A stretch of 64,000 bases of DNA from Vicugna vicugna (Eukaryota). The DNA lies in NCBI GenBank assembly GCA_013265495.1, contig MU059537.1, positions 2,294,001-2,358,000 of the forward strand, given 5' to 3'. The notes under the pieces are model-generated. The model made no database searches and was not told the origin of the DNA. It saw nothing but the letters and a program-made list of their open reading frames with translations. A program made the position numbers and the translations under genes. How positions within the stretch are numbered: position 1 is the first letter of the stretch; each line of letters opens with the position of its first letter. This document shows positions 25,102 through 38,044 of this stretch, piece by piece.

Positions 25102-25179
25102 GGAGACCGCGGTGCACCTGGGACCCCTGGCTCTCCTGGCAGCCGCGGAGACCCGGGCGTTGGGGCTGCTGGCCCTCCT
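25102..25179 (+). CDS. COL22A1: COL22A1 exon (12, 78 nt): GDRGAPGTPGSPGSRGDPGVGAAGPP
   Basis: ttctctttctag|GGAGAC...CCTCCT|gtgagt; GV-GAA imperfection and an RGD. Confidence 0.95.
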
Positions 25180-26639
25180 GTGAGTCCTTACTCATCCAGC
25201 ACTTCCTTGCTTTCAGGGCACACAGTCGTTCCGTGCTGGCTCCCAAAGGAAGGTGCTGCCTGGGCCCTACTGCAGGGACACTCCTTGTCCAGCTAACACA
25301 GTGGTGGCCCCTGATGTCTGCTCAGTCAGGGTGTAGGCCTGTCCACAGTGGCTGCTATTGTTACTAAAACTTGGTGTACTTCTTATGGGAATAAGGTTTG
25401 TGGGGAGACCAAGACTTGTCTGATTCAAAGAGGAGTGAGAGAACAAAAGTCGTTAAAATTGAAAAAGAAAAAAGGGCTCACTGACCAAACTTTGCAAAAC
25501 CTGAGTCATAGCCAGTGAACTGGGACTGGCTGGGGAGGGGTGTGATGTGGGAGAAGCAGCATGCTTGCATGCGTTTCAGGCAGAAACGAGTTCATGACCC
25601 CTCTTCCTCCAGTTAACATACAGATGAGAACACAGAATCAAGAAAGGCTTTTATCCCCAGTGATGGGGTCTCCTCACTGGCAGTTCTGAACCCCCTACAC
25701 CCGCCCACTGGGGTGAGCTGGCAGACTCCCCAGAGGGCTGCAGCCTGGCGTGGCCCTGTCATCATTTCACTGGTCTCTCCATGTCCCAGTCCACTCCCTG
25801 AGGGTTCATCTACCGAGCCCTTCCTCGGGAAGCCGGGCCACCTCCCGCTCCAGAGCCACCCAACGTCGCCCATGAAATATGCTCCTACCCGAGTGATGCC
25901 ACTGGTAAAGTGATTGGCTGGCTCCAGCCAAGGGGCTGTAAATCAACTGTTCAGTGTCCTTCCTCCACCTCAGTTATTAAAAGCTTCCGTGGTGGGTGAA
26001 ACCTTATTGAATTTTCATAAATCCTGTCTTTGGCCAGTAGCCTAGGCTGCTTCCTAATGGCCCGGCCATCTGCGATGAGGGTTCAGGGCTGTGCTGCGAG
26101 CAGGCATGCGGAGACGGTGGAGGAGGGCGAGGGCGGACGTGAGTTCGGACGGGAAGCAGGGCCCATTTGCAGGAGGCCTGCCGTTTGCTGAGTGCTGAGG
26201 GCTGAGTCCAGAAGCATCCACACGCTCAGTCCTCCAGGCCTGTGAAAGCTGGTTTGCTCCTTGGTGAAGGCTGGGATTCTACAGAAGCATCTCCTGAGAA
26301 CAGGATTCAAGGACAAGGAGTCTGTTTGGGAAAGTAGCTCAGCCATCACCCCTCCGGGAGAGGCAGCCTCCAGTGGCACCTGCCCCCCTCCACCCTGGAG
26401 ACCGATTGGTGCAGACACAGAGCTGTGCTGAGAAAGGGGTGACACAGCGGGGGCTTGTGTGCCAGCTCCTGTTGGGCGTGGGTCGCACACAGCCCTGGGG
26501 AGCTGCCCTGCACGCCGGCCGAACGTCCCCTTGTGGCTACAGGAAGCCCTGGGCAGCACCTGCAGCAAGCAGCTGCCTGGTGGGAGCGTGCCAGGGAGTT
26601 AGGAGGGGCCCCCGACGGTGTCTGCTTCATCAGCGTCTT

Positions 26640-26740
26640 TCAGGTAAACATTCTGAGGTTCAGAAGGTGAAGTGACTTGGCCGATGTCCCGTAGCTGGGC
26701 CAGGGCCAGGGCTGGGACACAGAGCTCTTCCTACCTCCTC
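26640..26740 (-). mobile_element. MIR SINE
   Basis: ctgaggttcagaaggtgaagtgacttggccgatgtcccgtagct. Confidence 0.55.
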
Positions 26741-27699
26741 CAAAGTCAGGTCTCTTCCTCTGTTTCACCTCGCCTGTGGCTGCGGCAGGACGGGCAGGAT
26801 TGTTCATTTCTGTCACATTCTCACGTTGAGGATGGAGTCTCCTCGTCCTTCCTCCCGCGGTGCTCTGCTTGCTCCAGGGCCTCTGGCTTCCCGTAGCAGC
26901 ACCGACTCCCTGGAAGGGAGCCCAGGGCTTTCGCTGCCAGTGCTGTGCACATCACCGCGCAGGGGCGTGGACGGGGAGGCCGTTCTTTGGTGTTTTGGCC
27001 TCCCGCTCCAAGATGTTAACCAAAAAATCCCTTTAATCTTCAGATGCCTCTGATCTTCCTTAAGCAGCGTCCGAAATGCTTGAAAATGACCCAGTTCCGC
27101 CTGAGGGCAGATCTAAGCGCCAGAGACCCCCGCTGACCCTCAGAGCCTAAGGTCTGCAAGGGCAGGGCTCCTTCTGGCAGCCTGCGTCGGTCTGAGCAGT
27201 GGTTTCCTCGTGGGCCAGCGGGCTGGGGGGGACTACATCATGGTAATATCGCCGGAGACACCTGGTGCCCTGCCTCTGACCTTCGGGTGTCATGAGAGTC
27301 CTCCCCCGACACCTCCCTCAGCCTTTGCCACCTAAAACTGCCCTTCCTCTCTCCAGGCCTTTGCCTCCCGCTCTGAGATCACTTGCTCTGGCAGCTTGCT
27401 TTGCTCAGGCACTGAGGGTCCCCATACAGACGCCACCAGCCCTTAGGAGCCCTGCGGCCTGGCAGAGGACAGAAGCTTGGGGCTGAGCATGTGCAGTAAC
27501 ACACATCAGCCCCCCGAGGGGGGTGGCTTCCACTGCCCCTCTTCCCGGGAGTGACCGAAATGAAAGCCACTGAAAGCTGCAGTGATCGTGATCACAGCTC
27601 GCGTCGCCCCTCCGCGCAGGGCAGCGCGTCTGTCTCCTCATTTAGCTCGTGGGCGCCCTCTCATTTACTTCTCCCAGCAGCCCTCCCAGGCAGCTCCTA

Positions 27700-27800
27700 G
27701 TCTCCCTTTCATTTTACAAATGAGGAAAAGCACTTAAGAGATGTGGCGCTTGCCTGAAGTCACAGCTGGGACGTGGAGGAGCGAGGACTGGGTGCCAGCA
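27700..27800 (-). mobile_element. MIR SINE
   Basis: cattttacaaatgaggaaaa...cttgcctgaagtcacagct. Confidence 0.6.
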
Positions 27801-28639
27801 TTCTAGCTCTGAGCAGGCGCCCAGAGGACGGAAGTTCGCGTTTACACGGCCCTTCCTGGCGCCGGCGTCGTCCCCACGCGGCCTGCCCCTCAGCTGTGAC
27901 CCGCAAGCCCAGCAGCTGCCTGCGTCCCTGTCTCATCTGCCGGCTCAGTCCGATTCCCTCGGTTCTAAGAGCCAGGGAGCCCCCTGCTGGCCCAGGAATG
28001 AGGCTGAGCAGTTTCCCTTCGACAGGGGCACGTGCAGCCAAGCAGCCCCACCGGCCGGGCTGCTGCGGGACACCCGGTGTCTCTCGGTGGTTACGCCCCG
28101 GCCGACACCCGGGGCCTGGGCAGGCTTCATTCGCTGACTTGGGCTCTTGTCCTGTTCCATGCACGGAGCCAGATCCCGGGGGGCTCGGGGTGGGGGCGCA
28201 GCACAGACCCCAGGGCAGGGCAGGGCTCCGTGTATAACCAGCAGCTCGGTATCCCCACCGTGGCTTTTAGTCCCGGGATTCTTCTGCTGATGGAAAGAAA
28301 AAGGATTTTAAATAAGTTCCTACTCTCACTTCTGGTTGGGAACTCTCTATCTCAGCACGGCCTTTGGCTGCTCCTAGTAATAGTTCCGGAGGCACGCTGA
28401 GCGCCGTGCATGCCCTCCAGGCCCCTGCGAGGCCCGACGTGCTCTGGCTCACCCTCCCTGGGGTCCTGCGAGCTTGTGCTGGCATCATCGCTGGCTCACA
28501 GATGAGGGGGCCCAGAAGCGGGCCTGGCTCACGTGGCTAAGCCACCCCAGAGCCCAGCACAGAGCCCGCCCGGTACCCTGCGCCCTTCAGGAAAAAGACG
28601 TGGGGATAAAATGCACTGTGTTCTCAGATAGCTGTCCGT

Positions 28640-29500
28640 CGGAGTTATGGGGCGAGGGGGTCAGCTTTCAAATTTCTCTCAATATAAACTGCAGTTCTTT
28701 AGTTGACAAAAGAAGACTTATTTTATTGTTTGGTCTCACAGAGCTTCCCACGGTCTGGACTTAGCTCGTGGACCAGTTTAGTCTGCTGCTGTGTCCCTGT
28801 GTTTCTTACCCATCCGTACATGGGCCTCAAGGCTCGATGACTCAGGTTTGATCTCTTTGGCAAGACTTCACAGAGGGTGTGTTCTTCCACAGGAAGCATA
28901 GGATGTCTGGGGGGCTCTTGTTGTGAAGTTCACACCCTTTGATGTCCAGAGCTTAGATCGCTTAGCGCATCAAGACTTGCAAATTGATGCTATTCTGGTT
29001 CAATCGGTTCCTTTTTATGTGTTAGTTAGAATATTTCTATACAGAAAAGACGCTCCCTCGTTTGGATTTGGATACCCAGTGGGACAGTCCGCGTGGAAGG
29101 CAGAATAGAAGAGCTGGTCTTTGCCTTTTGATTATTTTCAAATAACGACTTGAAAATCTTACAAAGATGGCATCTTGCAAAGATGATGGATGAGGCGGTT
29201 TTGTTTTCTGTCAGTCATTCCAAACTCCTGGATTTAAACACGTTTGATCTGATTTAATGTTGCAGGTGTTCTTCCTTTTGATGCTCAGATTGTCGTATTT
29301 TAGGCAGACGGGAGCCCATGCAGGTTGACCCGAAGTGTTTCTGACACCAGCCCAGCAGCCGCTGACGGTGTCCTTGCTCTGTGGAAGGACAGGATGTCCC
29401 GATCCGTTTCTGTTCCTCACCCAGATCTGGGGTCAGTCGTCTCTCCAAGGCGCTGTAGTTCCTTTTAGTGGAAATGGTATCAAAGACCAAAATATGTGTT
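28640..29500 (-). mobile_element. Old L1 (L1MC/ME) 3' region
   Basis: ttctccaaggcgctgtagttccttttagtggaaatggtatcaaagaccaa and caggaagcataggatgtctgg resemble recalled L1MC/ME 3' UTR. Confidence 0.6.
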
Positions 29501-31462
29501 TTAGGTAATGCGACTCCTGAGCAAACCCATCAGAGGGTGTAATCTTGGAACAGAGGGTTGTTAGTCTTGAAAACATGCCCAGGCTTCGGATTTAGGAAGG
29601 GCATCGATCGGGAAGCCACCCTGCGACCCCTCCTCCGCAACACACTCCTCTGTCTCCTCAAAGTATAGCAGCAACTGCCGCGGGAGTGCCTCTCACGGGC
29701 CAGGCTCTGGGCTGGTTCTCTCCTTAGGTGTGTCCTCTTACTTCTGATCACACGAAGCGAGGGGCTCGCCAGCTCTGTGTCAGGATCGGGCAGACTGAAG
29801 TGCGGAGAGACTGAGGCCAAACAGCTGATAACTGGCAAAGCTAAGATTTGATAGGAGGACTTTTTTGACAACAAAACCCACCCTTTACCTGTAGATTTTA
29901 TATCAAATGACATAAGAGAGGGATTCGGAGTTCAGTCTAATGAAACAATTAAACTCTGGAGATGGATTGTTGGGTTTAATTTGGAAACAGGAGGTGCCAG
30001 CAATAGACCATCGCTCTGCCGCGTCCTTGGGGATAAGTGTGCAGTCTCCGTAAGGAACGACTGTGAAAGGAACGGAATTCGGACGTGTGCGCCCTGGCCC
30101 CTGCATCCCGCTGGCCTACAACTTGACAGAGCAGTGGGAACTAACGGGGAGAAGGGACGTGTGAGTCATGTGGACCCCAGGGGGGTTCTGAGTCCATTTT
30201 CTTACCTGCTTGGCTTAGGCCTCTTGAGGTGTCCCCTACCTTCTTGAGTGCTCAGCTGTGCACTTAAAATGCTTGTTTTATTCTGTCAGGCAGCTCTGGG
30301 ACACATGAGACTGGCAGGCTTTTAGGTGTCCTGGTCTGTCGCGCTGCCGGAAGCCTGTGTCTTGGTCTGAAATCTCTCCTCCCTCTTGGGATGCCCTCGG
30401 GAGTTCTCACGGGCCCTGCCACAGGGGCACACAGATGCACTGGGCTGCGAGCTGGTGGTGGGGCTGCCGCCCCTGGCGAGTGACTCCGATGTGGCTTGGG
30501 CAGGTCCTTTGTCTCCTTCAGGCCTTTGACCATCAGTGAAAAGGAAGGGTGATAATAAGTGATTTTCAAGTTCTCTTCATACCATCCAATTGTAAGTTTA
30601 GTGGAGTGCCGTCCGTTTGCTGTGCTCTGCTGTGTCCGGACGACGCACGGGGCTGTGCTGAGGACTGGAGGGAGCACGTGAGCACGGAGCTGAGTGCCCC
30701 CAAGGCAGCGCATGGTCCATTCAGCAGAGGGCACAGAAGGGCCAGGAACACTGGGTGGTCCATCCTAAACAGGGTGCACCCGGGGGCTAGAGACCACTTC
30801 TAACCAGCCTCCTGGGGGAGGCCAGGGATGACTTTCCTAGGGTGCTGACATCTAAATTGAGAACCAGATGTGACCAGGCAGAGAGGCAGAGCACAGTGTA
30901 GCAAAGGCTCAGGGCAGGGACAGTCCTCTCACTGCAGGACCTGGAACTGTAACACTAATGTCACAAGAAGGAATGCATGTTAAGTGCAAAATCTGGAAGC
31001 CGAATCGTAGGCTGGTCACACTTGAAGGATGACAGATCCATACCTGTGTGTGTGTGCGTGCATGTGTGACCCACGTGCAGGAGTGAGGAGGGACACCGTG
31101 CAGCATCAGGCAAGCAGGCCACCCAGGGAGTCTGGTCCTGAGTGCCGCCCCCCCCCCATCCCGAGCAGGAATACAGCATGAGGATGTTGGGATGCTGGGT
31201 CCCAGAGCTAGACACAGGCCCAGTGCGTGCCAGGAGGGGGTGGCACCAGTTCAGGGGCAAATGCAGAAGGTTCCAGTGAAATCTCCATGTGCAGCATCAG
31301 TGGGCGGTGGTGAGAGGGTGTGACCCTGTGGCTTAAAGGTGGGAGGAGGTCAGCAGTTCCTTTTAGGACAATTAAAGACCAAGCTCAGAAGTAGGCACTG
31401 CAGCATGTTCACGTAACTACCCCATTTCCATTTCGCTTGCTCACCTGTTTGTTTGCTTTTAG

Positions 31463-31498
31463 GGCCCTTCTGGACCGCCAGGAGAGAAAGGGCCTCCG
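31463..31498 (+). CDS. COL22A1: COL22A1 exon (13, 36 nt): GPSGPPGEKGPP
   Basis: tttgcttttag|GGCCCT...CCTCCG|gtacag; weak donor but the frame is continuous with neighbours. Confidence 0.9.
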
Positions 31499-32364
31499 GT
31501 ACAGTATGATTTAAATACGGGGCTGGGTTTTGAGGGCGGAAATTATGTTCTAATGAAAGCGGTTTTAAATTGGAGTGTCCAGAAGGCAGACGAGTTTCAA
31601 AAAAATCCCTAACATGAAACTGGGCAAAGTCTCCAAAATGTGAGCCCTGACCTATGGGCTGGCGGGGTCTCCCAGGGCCGGGAGCGTGCGCGGTGCTGGG
31701 CGGGTGGAGGCTGCCTTTGCTCCCCGCCGTCTCTGCTTCCAGACGGGCAGTCGTGGTTTAAGGAGCGTAATCAACCTGCCCGAGGAGCTAGCTGTGCATC
31801 GTGGCTTCCCCACCCCAGCCGCGCAGCCACGAGCAGGGGAGGGCTCCCTTAGCCTGGAAGGCGGGGGAAGAGGCGGGGAAGTGCCCCAGGAAGTCAGATC
31901 CTTCATGAGATGATTTGTGCCAATTTCTGGTACTGTCTGGAAATTTTCAGCAGAATGAGAATGATTTTCCTATAAAAAATAATCACCGTCAGCTGCGTGC
32001 TGAGCTCTGTGCTGGGCCGGCCCCCCAGCCCCCGGGGCCGGTTATCCACACGGCGCAGGGGGGTGGGCAGGACCGGAGCTCAGGCCCGTTTCGCTGCAGG
32101 AGCTGCCTCTCCACTCCAGAAAGCTGCCTGGGCAGTCCGGCTCACAGGGAGGGCTTTCCAGAGCGTCCCCAGGTGCACTTGGCGTGTCCACCTGCATATG
32201 CGCAGTAAAGTGTGTGACTCTGACCCGCCTGCTCCCTGGCACACGCATTACATCAGCTTCCCCAGAGCAGCAGGCCGTCTGTGCAAGGAGAGCCCCCCCA
32301 GGGAAGGCGGCACTTGTTTTGCTTAAACTGATGGGGGTGGGTGTCATCTTCTCTTTTTCTTCAG

Positions 32365-32418
32365 GGATCTCGAGGCCCCCCTGGATTCCCAGGCCCCCAG
32401 GGACCAGCCGGCCAGGAT
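32365..32418 (+). CDS. COL22A1: COL22A1 exon (14, 54 nt): GSRGPPGFPGPQGPAGQD
   Basis: tttttcttcag|GGATCT...CAGGAT|gtgagt. Confidence 0.95.
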
Positions 32419-33594
32419 GTGAGTAAAGGCGGCAGTGCAGGCCAGTCCAGGTCCTCCAGACCCCCCGGGAGCCCCCTCCGCTGTCTCCGGCCTCCTGGAA
32501 CCAGGACGCCCCGGGAGGAGCTGTCCTGCCCCACTAACCCCTGCCCCTTTCCCGTGTTTTCTTCTTCTGTTCGTTGTGACTCACAATCTTGTATTGCCTA
32601 GTTTCACTTCTCTTGCTTTTGTGTTATGCTTTCAGAAACCTGTAAGCTCCTGGGTACCCCATCACTGTCTCCTGTCATTTTGTCAGTGTTCTTACATACC
32701 TAGCTGGTCAGTTCTGCTCAAATCAGGCACGAGCTTCTCCATGGACTTGTTCCCAACCTGTCCCTGTAAGGGCTTCTCCCTTCAAGGGAGCTCTGCACAC
32801 TCACCTGATGCTCACTGAGGACGTGTGCCTCCCCACTTATGTGACAGTGTTAATCACCTCTCATCTTTATGGCCTGACTTTTGTTCAGTTAGATCTGAGC
32901 TCTAGAAGGTAGGAACCATGTGTCTCAGGCATCCTTGATGCTTCACAGAGTGGCAGGTACACAGAAGTTGCTCCATACAGACTCCCTGAAACGGTTTAAT
33001 GACGACCACGAGTCCTCATGGAGCAAAGACGTCTGGCGCCGCTATGCAGTGGTACTTGCTGCGTCCCTCCATCTTTCCATCTCTGTAGTTCGGCTTCACA
33101 TAAGTAGGAACAATAAACTGTCCTCCCCTTCCCTTCCTTAGGTTCTGTTTCAGAGAAGAAAGTTGCCCTCTAAATCCCGCCTCCAAATACTTGACTTTAC
33201 CTGCCCCACTCGCAGGGTTACATTCTTACAGCCAGTTCAGCAGAACCCTCCTCTTTTTCAAAGCCACTCCTTCCACTTGTGTTTGGGAAAGGATGGAGAA
33301 ATTTGAGATAAATGTGTGTCCGTGCATGAGTTGTTTTGGGTTTTGTGTTTCAGATAGGAGCTAATAAGGGGAGTAGCTTACTGTTTGGAACATTTGCCAC
33401 AGTTAAATATTTCCTGAGAAGCTTTGGGTATTCAGCTGAGACTGGAAACCGTGAATTGTTACTGGTGCCAGTCTCCACGGTTGGGTTATTTTTCCCCCTG
33501 AGTTACAGATACAGATGCTGGGAGAGGGGGTGGGCAGAGCGGATCAGCATTATGTGCTTCGCACAGTTAATGTTTTCTTTCTTTCTTTTCTTAG

Positions 33595-33639
33595 GGTGTA
33601 CCAGGAAATCCAGGAGAGAGAGGGCCTCCTGGCAAACCA
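33595..33639 (+). CDS. COL22A1: COL22A1 exon (15, 45 nt): GVPGNPGERGPPGKP
   Basis: ttcttttcttag|GGTGTA...AAACCA|gtatgt. Confidence 0.95.
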
Positions 33640-36600
33640 GTATGTCATCTAACTGTTCTGAATGAATATTGACCATCAGTCAGGGACCCAGCCAGAGTAA
33701 AATACAACTCGGATGGTCCCAGAGACTTTAAAAAGGGGGCTTTTTACAAAGCTGCGGGCAGAGGGAACTATTCAGAGATGCTGTGATGCTCAGAGATAAA
33801 CCACAGAGATGCCAGTGCCACCTGCTGCTTATCTTCAGAGCAGAGAGAGAGGGTGGGGGGAAGGGGCTGCCAGATAGGAGCTGTGGTTGTGGGTTCAGAG
33901 CCATCGCAGGACGCCTGGCCACCGCCCACCCCCCGTACCCCCTCCCCAATCTCTTGCTGTGTGTCTCATTGGTCCAGCTCGCCTGTGGGGCGGGCAGCAG
34001 GCAGGCGAGCCTCGTGATACGTCCCCAGGGTGCAGCCTCCGGGGCCTGGGGGAGGACAGAGAAGGAAGGACGGTGTTTTGGGGTGAGCAGACGGGCAGTA
34101 GCAGTGTTCATGGCAAGGTCCCGACCAGCCCTTGCCCTGCCCTTTAGTTCAGTAATGTCCGTACCTCTTGGTTTCCCCTCGTTGTAGTAAAAGAGACATT
34201 CTCTCCTCTCTCCCTGTGAGAGCAGCTGTGCTGCAACAGGCTGAGCAGAAACGGACAGCCCTGAGTGTCTGGTCCCGGGCCGTGGGGCCGCGCTCCAGCC
34301 CGCGGTTCCTCGTGCGCGGTAGAGTCACCTTCTAGGAACACCCACCCCACCCCAATTAACTCAGCAACACCAGAGAAGCCCCAAAGGCTCCGCCAAGGAA
34401 CCAGGCACAGGGCGGCCCTCCGGGGAGGGATGATGAAGAGGGACAGGTCTGGGTGAGCGAGGAGGCAGCGTGAGGATACAGGAGAAACGAGTCCACTGAA
34501 AGGTGCTACCCGAGGTGGGAGAGACAGTGGCAGTCACGACGCAGGAGGCTCAGGCCTCAAGGCTGCTTTCAGAAACCATTATGCAGAATCTTCACTGCAA
34601 GATGGATCTGAAAGGCCATCCGGCTCCTCTGTGAGCCTGGCTGCTGCAAGTTTCAGACAAGGACCCAAGGCACGGGGCCCCCGAGGCTTGAGCCTCTCTG
34701 CCTTCGGGGCCCAGGCTACGGGGCACATCAGAGACCCCGAGGGGTGGCCTGGTCCTCCTCGAAGGGTCCTGAGACCGTTCCCTGAAGGCCTTCTAGTGGG
34801 AGGAGTGAAAGGTCCTGCTGGAGGGTAGGGACAGCTTACTCACACCCTCCTCCTCTTCTGTGGAGTCAGATTTACAGCAGCCAAATTAACCTCACAGAAT
34901 CCACCTCGTTACCCAAGTGCAAGGCCCTGGTGCAGCGGCTGGAAGAGGAAGGTTCAGGCCAGAGGCTGAAGAGGATTCAGACGACTCCTGCCAAGTCTAG
35001 ACCCTGACACCCCTGCCAAGAGAATTAAGCCAGCAGCGTCCAGCTGGCAGTGTGGACTAACCGTGACGTCTGACAGCTGGTCGCCGGCAGAGCAGACTGA
35101 GAGAAGTAGAGACAGACAGAGAGGAGGTCTGTTTTTGACCACCTTCAAATTCACTGCACACACAAACCCCCCGAATGGTCCCAGGGACGGCAGGGGAGCC
35201 CTCAGGGTCTCTATCTCACTAATCGGATGAGTCGTGTTTTCAGGGGTCCCAAGACTCCCCTCAGGCTCTCTGACTCACCAGGAGGACTCCAGGACTCAGG
35301 AGAGCGCCTCCACTCAGGACTGTGGTTTCTCACAGAGAAAGGATGCAGGTGAAGGTCAGCACAGGGGCGAGATGCTTAGGGCAGCGTCCCTGAGCGACGA
35401 GGCCCCTCCCCCAGGGAGCCGGCGCGGGCAGCCCTCGCTCCTCCCGGCGCTCACATGTCAGCAGAGGCACGTGGGTGACAAGTGCTCTGGAAAGCACCAA
35501 GTGTCGCCACTGAGGGTCGCTCCCCCAAACCTTGGTGTGCAGGTCACGTAGACGTGGCGAGCCTGCACGGCTGGCCTTGGTCTCCGTCTCCAGCCCTCCC
35601 AGGGGCCAGACTGATACCCCATGGCCCAGGCCCCCGCCATAGGTTTGGTCGTTAGCATAAGCCACCTGCCCGGCCCAAGACCCTGGCGAACAGAGGCACT
35701 GTTCTCAGGCAGGGCGTTCGTTAGGAGCCAGCAAGGGCCGAGCCTTTGTTTGGCACGGGCAGGGTTTGGGCAGCCCAGGCCTGCTGAGTTACCCCTTCCT
35801 GCAGCCATCACCCCTCGGTGGAGATGGGGGCCCAGAGTGTCTCTCCAGCCCTGCGCCCAGGGAATTCCCGCGCCAGGAGCCCCCTTGCTGGGCTTGGTTC
35901 TCCAGAAGCAGAGCCTCTGGTGGGGATTCCCGTGTCAGCGAGTGAGCCAGGGGAGCCCTGCCGGGGTTGGAGAAAGCAGGACGGGGTAGCGGAAAGGTAG
36001 TCAAGGATGTGGGTTCAGCGTGAATCTGCCCTCAGCCTGATCCCGTGGGGAGCTCAGGTGTGGACGGCACCGCACAACTGGCCCATCTTGAGTCAAGAAG
36101 CTGCCCCTCTTCACCTCCGGGTCAGTCCGTAGTGGGCTGTGTGACCTCCCCGGCCTTCCCGGCTGGCGCTCCAGGCAGCTGGCGGCACCCGGGAGGGGAG
36201 AAGGAGCCAGCAGGGCGCGGGCGCGGACTTCTGCACCCCAGCGCTTCCCGCTGCTGATTCCCTGCGCTCAGCATCCACCCGCCAGGTGGGGCCCGCTCCT
36301 CAGAGGCGAGCACAGCACTCGCTCTGCATCCTGTGTCCACGTTCAGGAGGCCACCGTCCCCACACCAGCCTTGCTCCTGTGTATCCAGACCTATCTTGTG
36401 GGGCCTACAGAAGGGGGTCACAACAGACGTTAATTATCTCCAAGGCCACGCTGCCCCTGGACAGAAATTCACCCCTCGTTCTCTCTCCTTTTGAAACTGA
36501 CGTCCAGCCCTGCTGCTCACTCTAATTATGCAAAGGGCTTACGTGACAACATAAAAATGTCCCAAAGAACACAGTGCCAGCACTGTGAAAAGTGTCCCAG

Positions 36601-37996
36601 TTTGGACTGTATGATTCATGTTACTAACTTCCCAGGGAAAATAAAAAACTTCAGAAGGAAACCCCTCCGCCCCCGTTTAAAGTTCTAATCGATCAGCATT
36701 GCACAGGTCAGCCTTCCTCCCGAGGGTCGGTCTCAGGTAACTGAGGACACTCTCGGTTTCGTCTTCAGCAGTTGTGACCTAAGTGAGCTCTCCCTGCAGG
36801 GCTGGTCGTCCCTTCAGCACGTCCAGACCCAACTCCAGCCCCGGCCTCTCCTGGGCCTCCTACCCTTGTGGTAGTCGGGGGGGTTGGTCGAACACTTGAG
36901 CAAACAGACGTACGCCCAGCCTCTGCCGAGTTATCCTGCACAAACATACCCAAAGCCGCTGTCACATGGCTCTATTTAGCTGCAGGATGCGGCAGGAGCC
37001 CTGTGGGGTCAGGAGAGGAGGCAGCCAGGAAAACAGTCTTGGTTTCAGCCTCCGTAAGGCGCTAGACTGGACTCATACTTCATTAACCGGAACTCAGATT
37101 TATTCAGAAGAAATCAGCCACCAGCAGTCCGAGTGTGGCCGCAGGCTCCCCCATTCTAGAGGAATGTCGACCCCTTCCCTCTGGAGAACGGGTTCTCCGG
37201 GACTCCTTTTCCAGTACAAAATTTAGAAGTTTGCAAAGTAGCACGCCAGTCTCCAGTTCTTCTGAGAATCCTTTCTTCCCTTTAGGGTTTGCCTTTTAAT
37301 TTCCATTTTCCTTCCCAGCTTTGTGTCCCTTACACCCCAGTATGAACCCAGCCCTCCATTCCATCTTGGGCTCCAGGTTGGCCCCGTCGTGATGTACCAC
37401 ATCCCAGCTCACCGTTGTGAACGTGAATTCAGTGACCTGCAGACCCCGCACTCCTTCAGAGGCTCTGCGATTACGCCTGACTTCTGAAATCTTTCTGAAG
37501 TTAGAGACTTACTTCTGACTCGTGATGACGAATGAAGTTCAAAATGCTGTTTTACCTGGGACAGCTAAAGAAGTTACTTGAAATTCATACTAGATTGTGA
37601 ATGACTGATAGTGACAGCTGTTACCCATCTGGGGAATACAGGAGGGTCGGCCCCCTTTGTCTTCTACAGTACCCATAGGACCTGTTGGTGTAGAGGGCAG
37701 TGTGGAGGAGGGACCACCAGGAGAAGAGAAGGGACCAGTGCAGGGAGCCTGGGGACCAGAAAGGCTGATGTTAGCTAGACTCAGGACCGGCAGTCTGTGC
37801 AGTCGCTGGCTCAGCGGAGTCTTCCCGTGGCTCCCGGCGTGGGGTGTGGACCGGGCTGCTTGCATCCTGTGCATGGCGTGGCCATGTCACGTGGCACAGC
37901 TTGCACTGTGAAGGCTGCGCACTGCCTGGAGGAGCACAGGGTATACAGAGTGTGGGCATGTGTGTATGTCTGTATTTATTTATTTTTCTTTGACAG

Positions 37997-38044
37997 GGAC
38001 CCTCTCCACTACTGTCTCCAGGGGACGTAAATCTCTTGGTTAAG
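37997..38044 (+). CDS. COL22A1: COL22A1 exon (16, 48 nt, mostly non-collagenous): GPSPLLSPGDVNLLVK
   Basis: tttttctttgacag|GGACCC...GTTAAG|gtaaaa; matches recalled human GLSSLLSPGDINLLAK. Confidence 0.92.
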
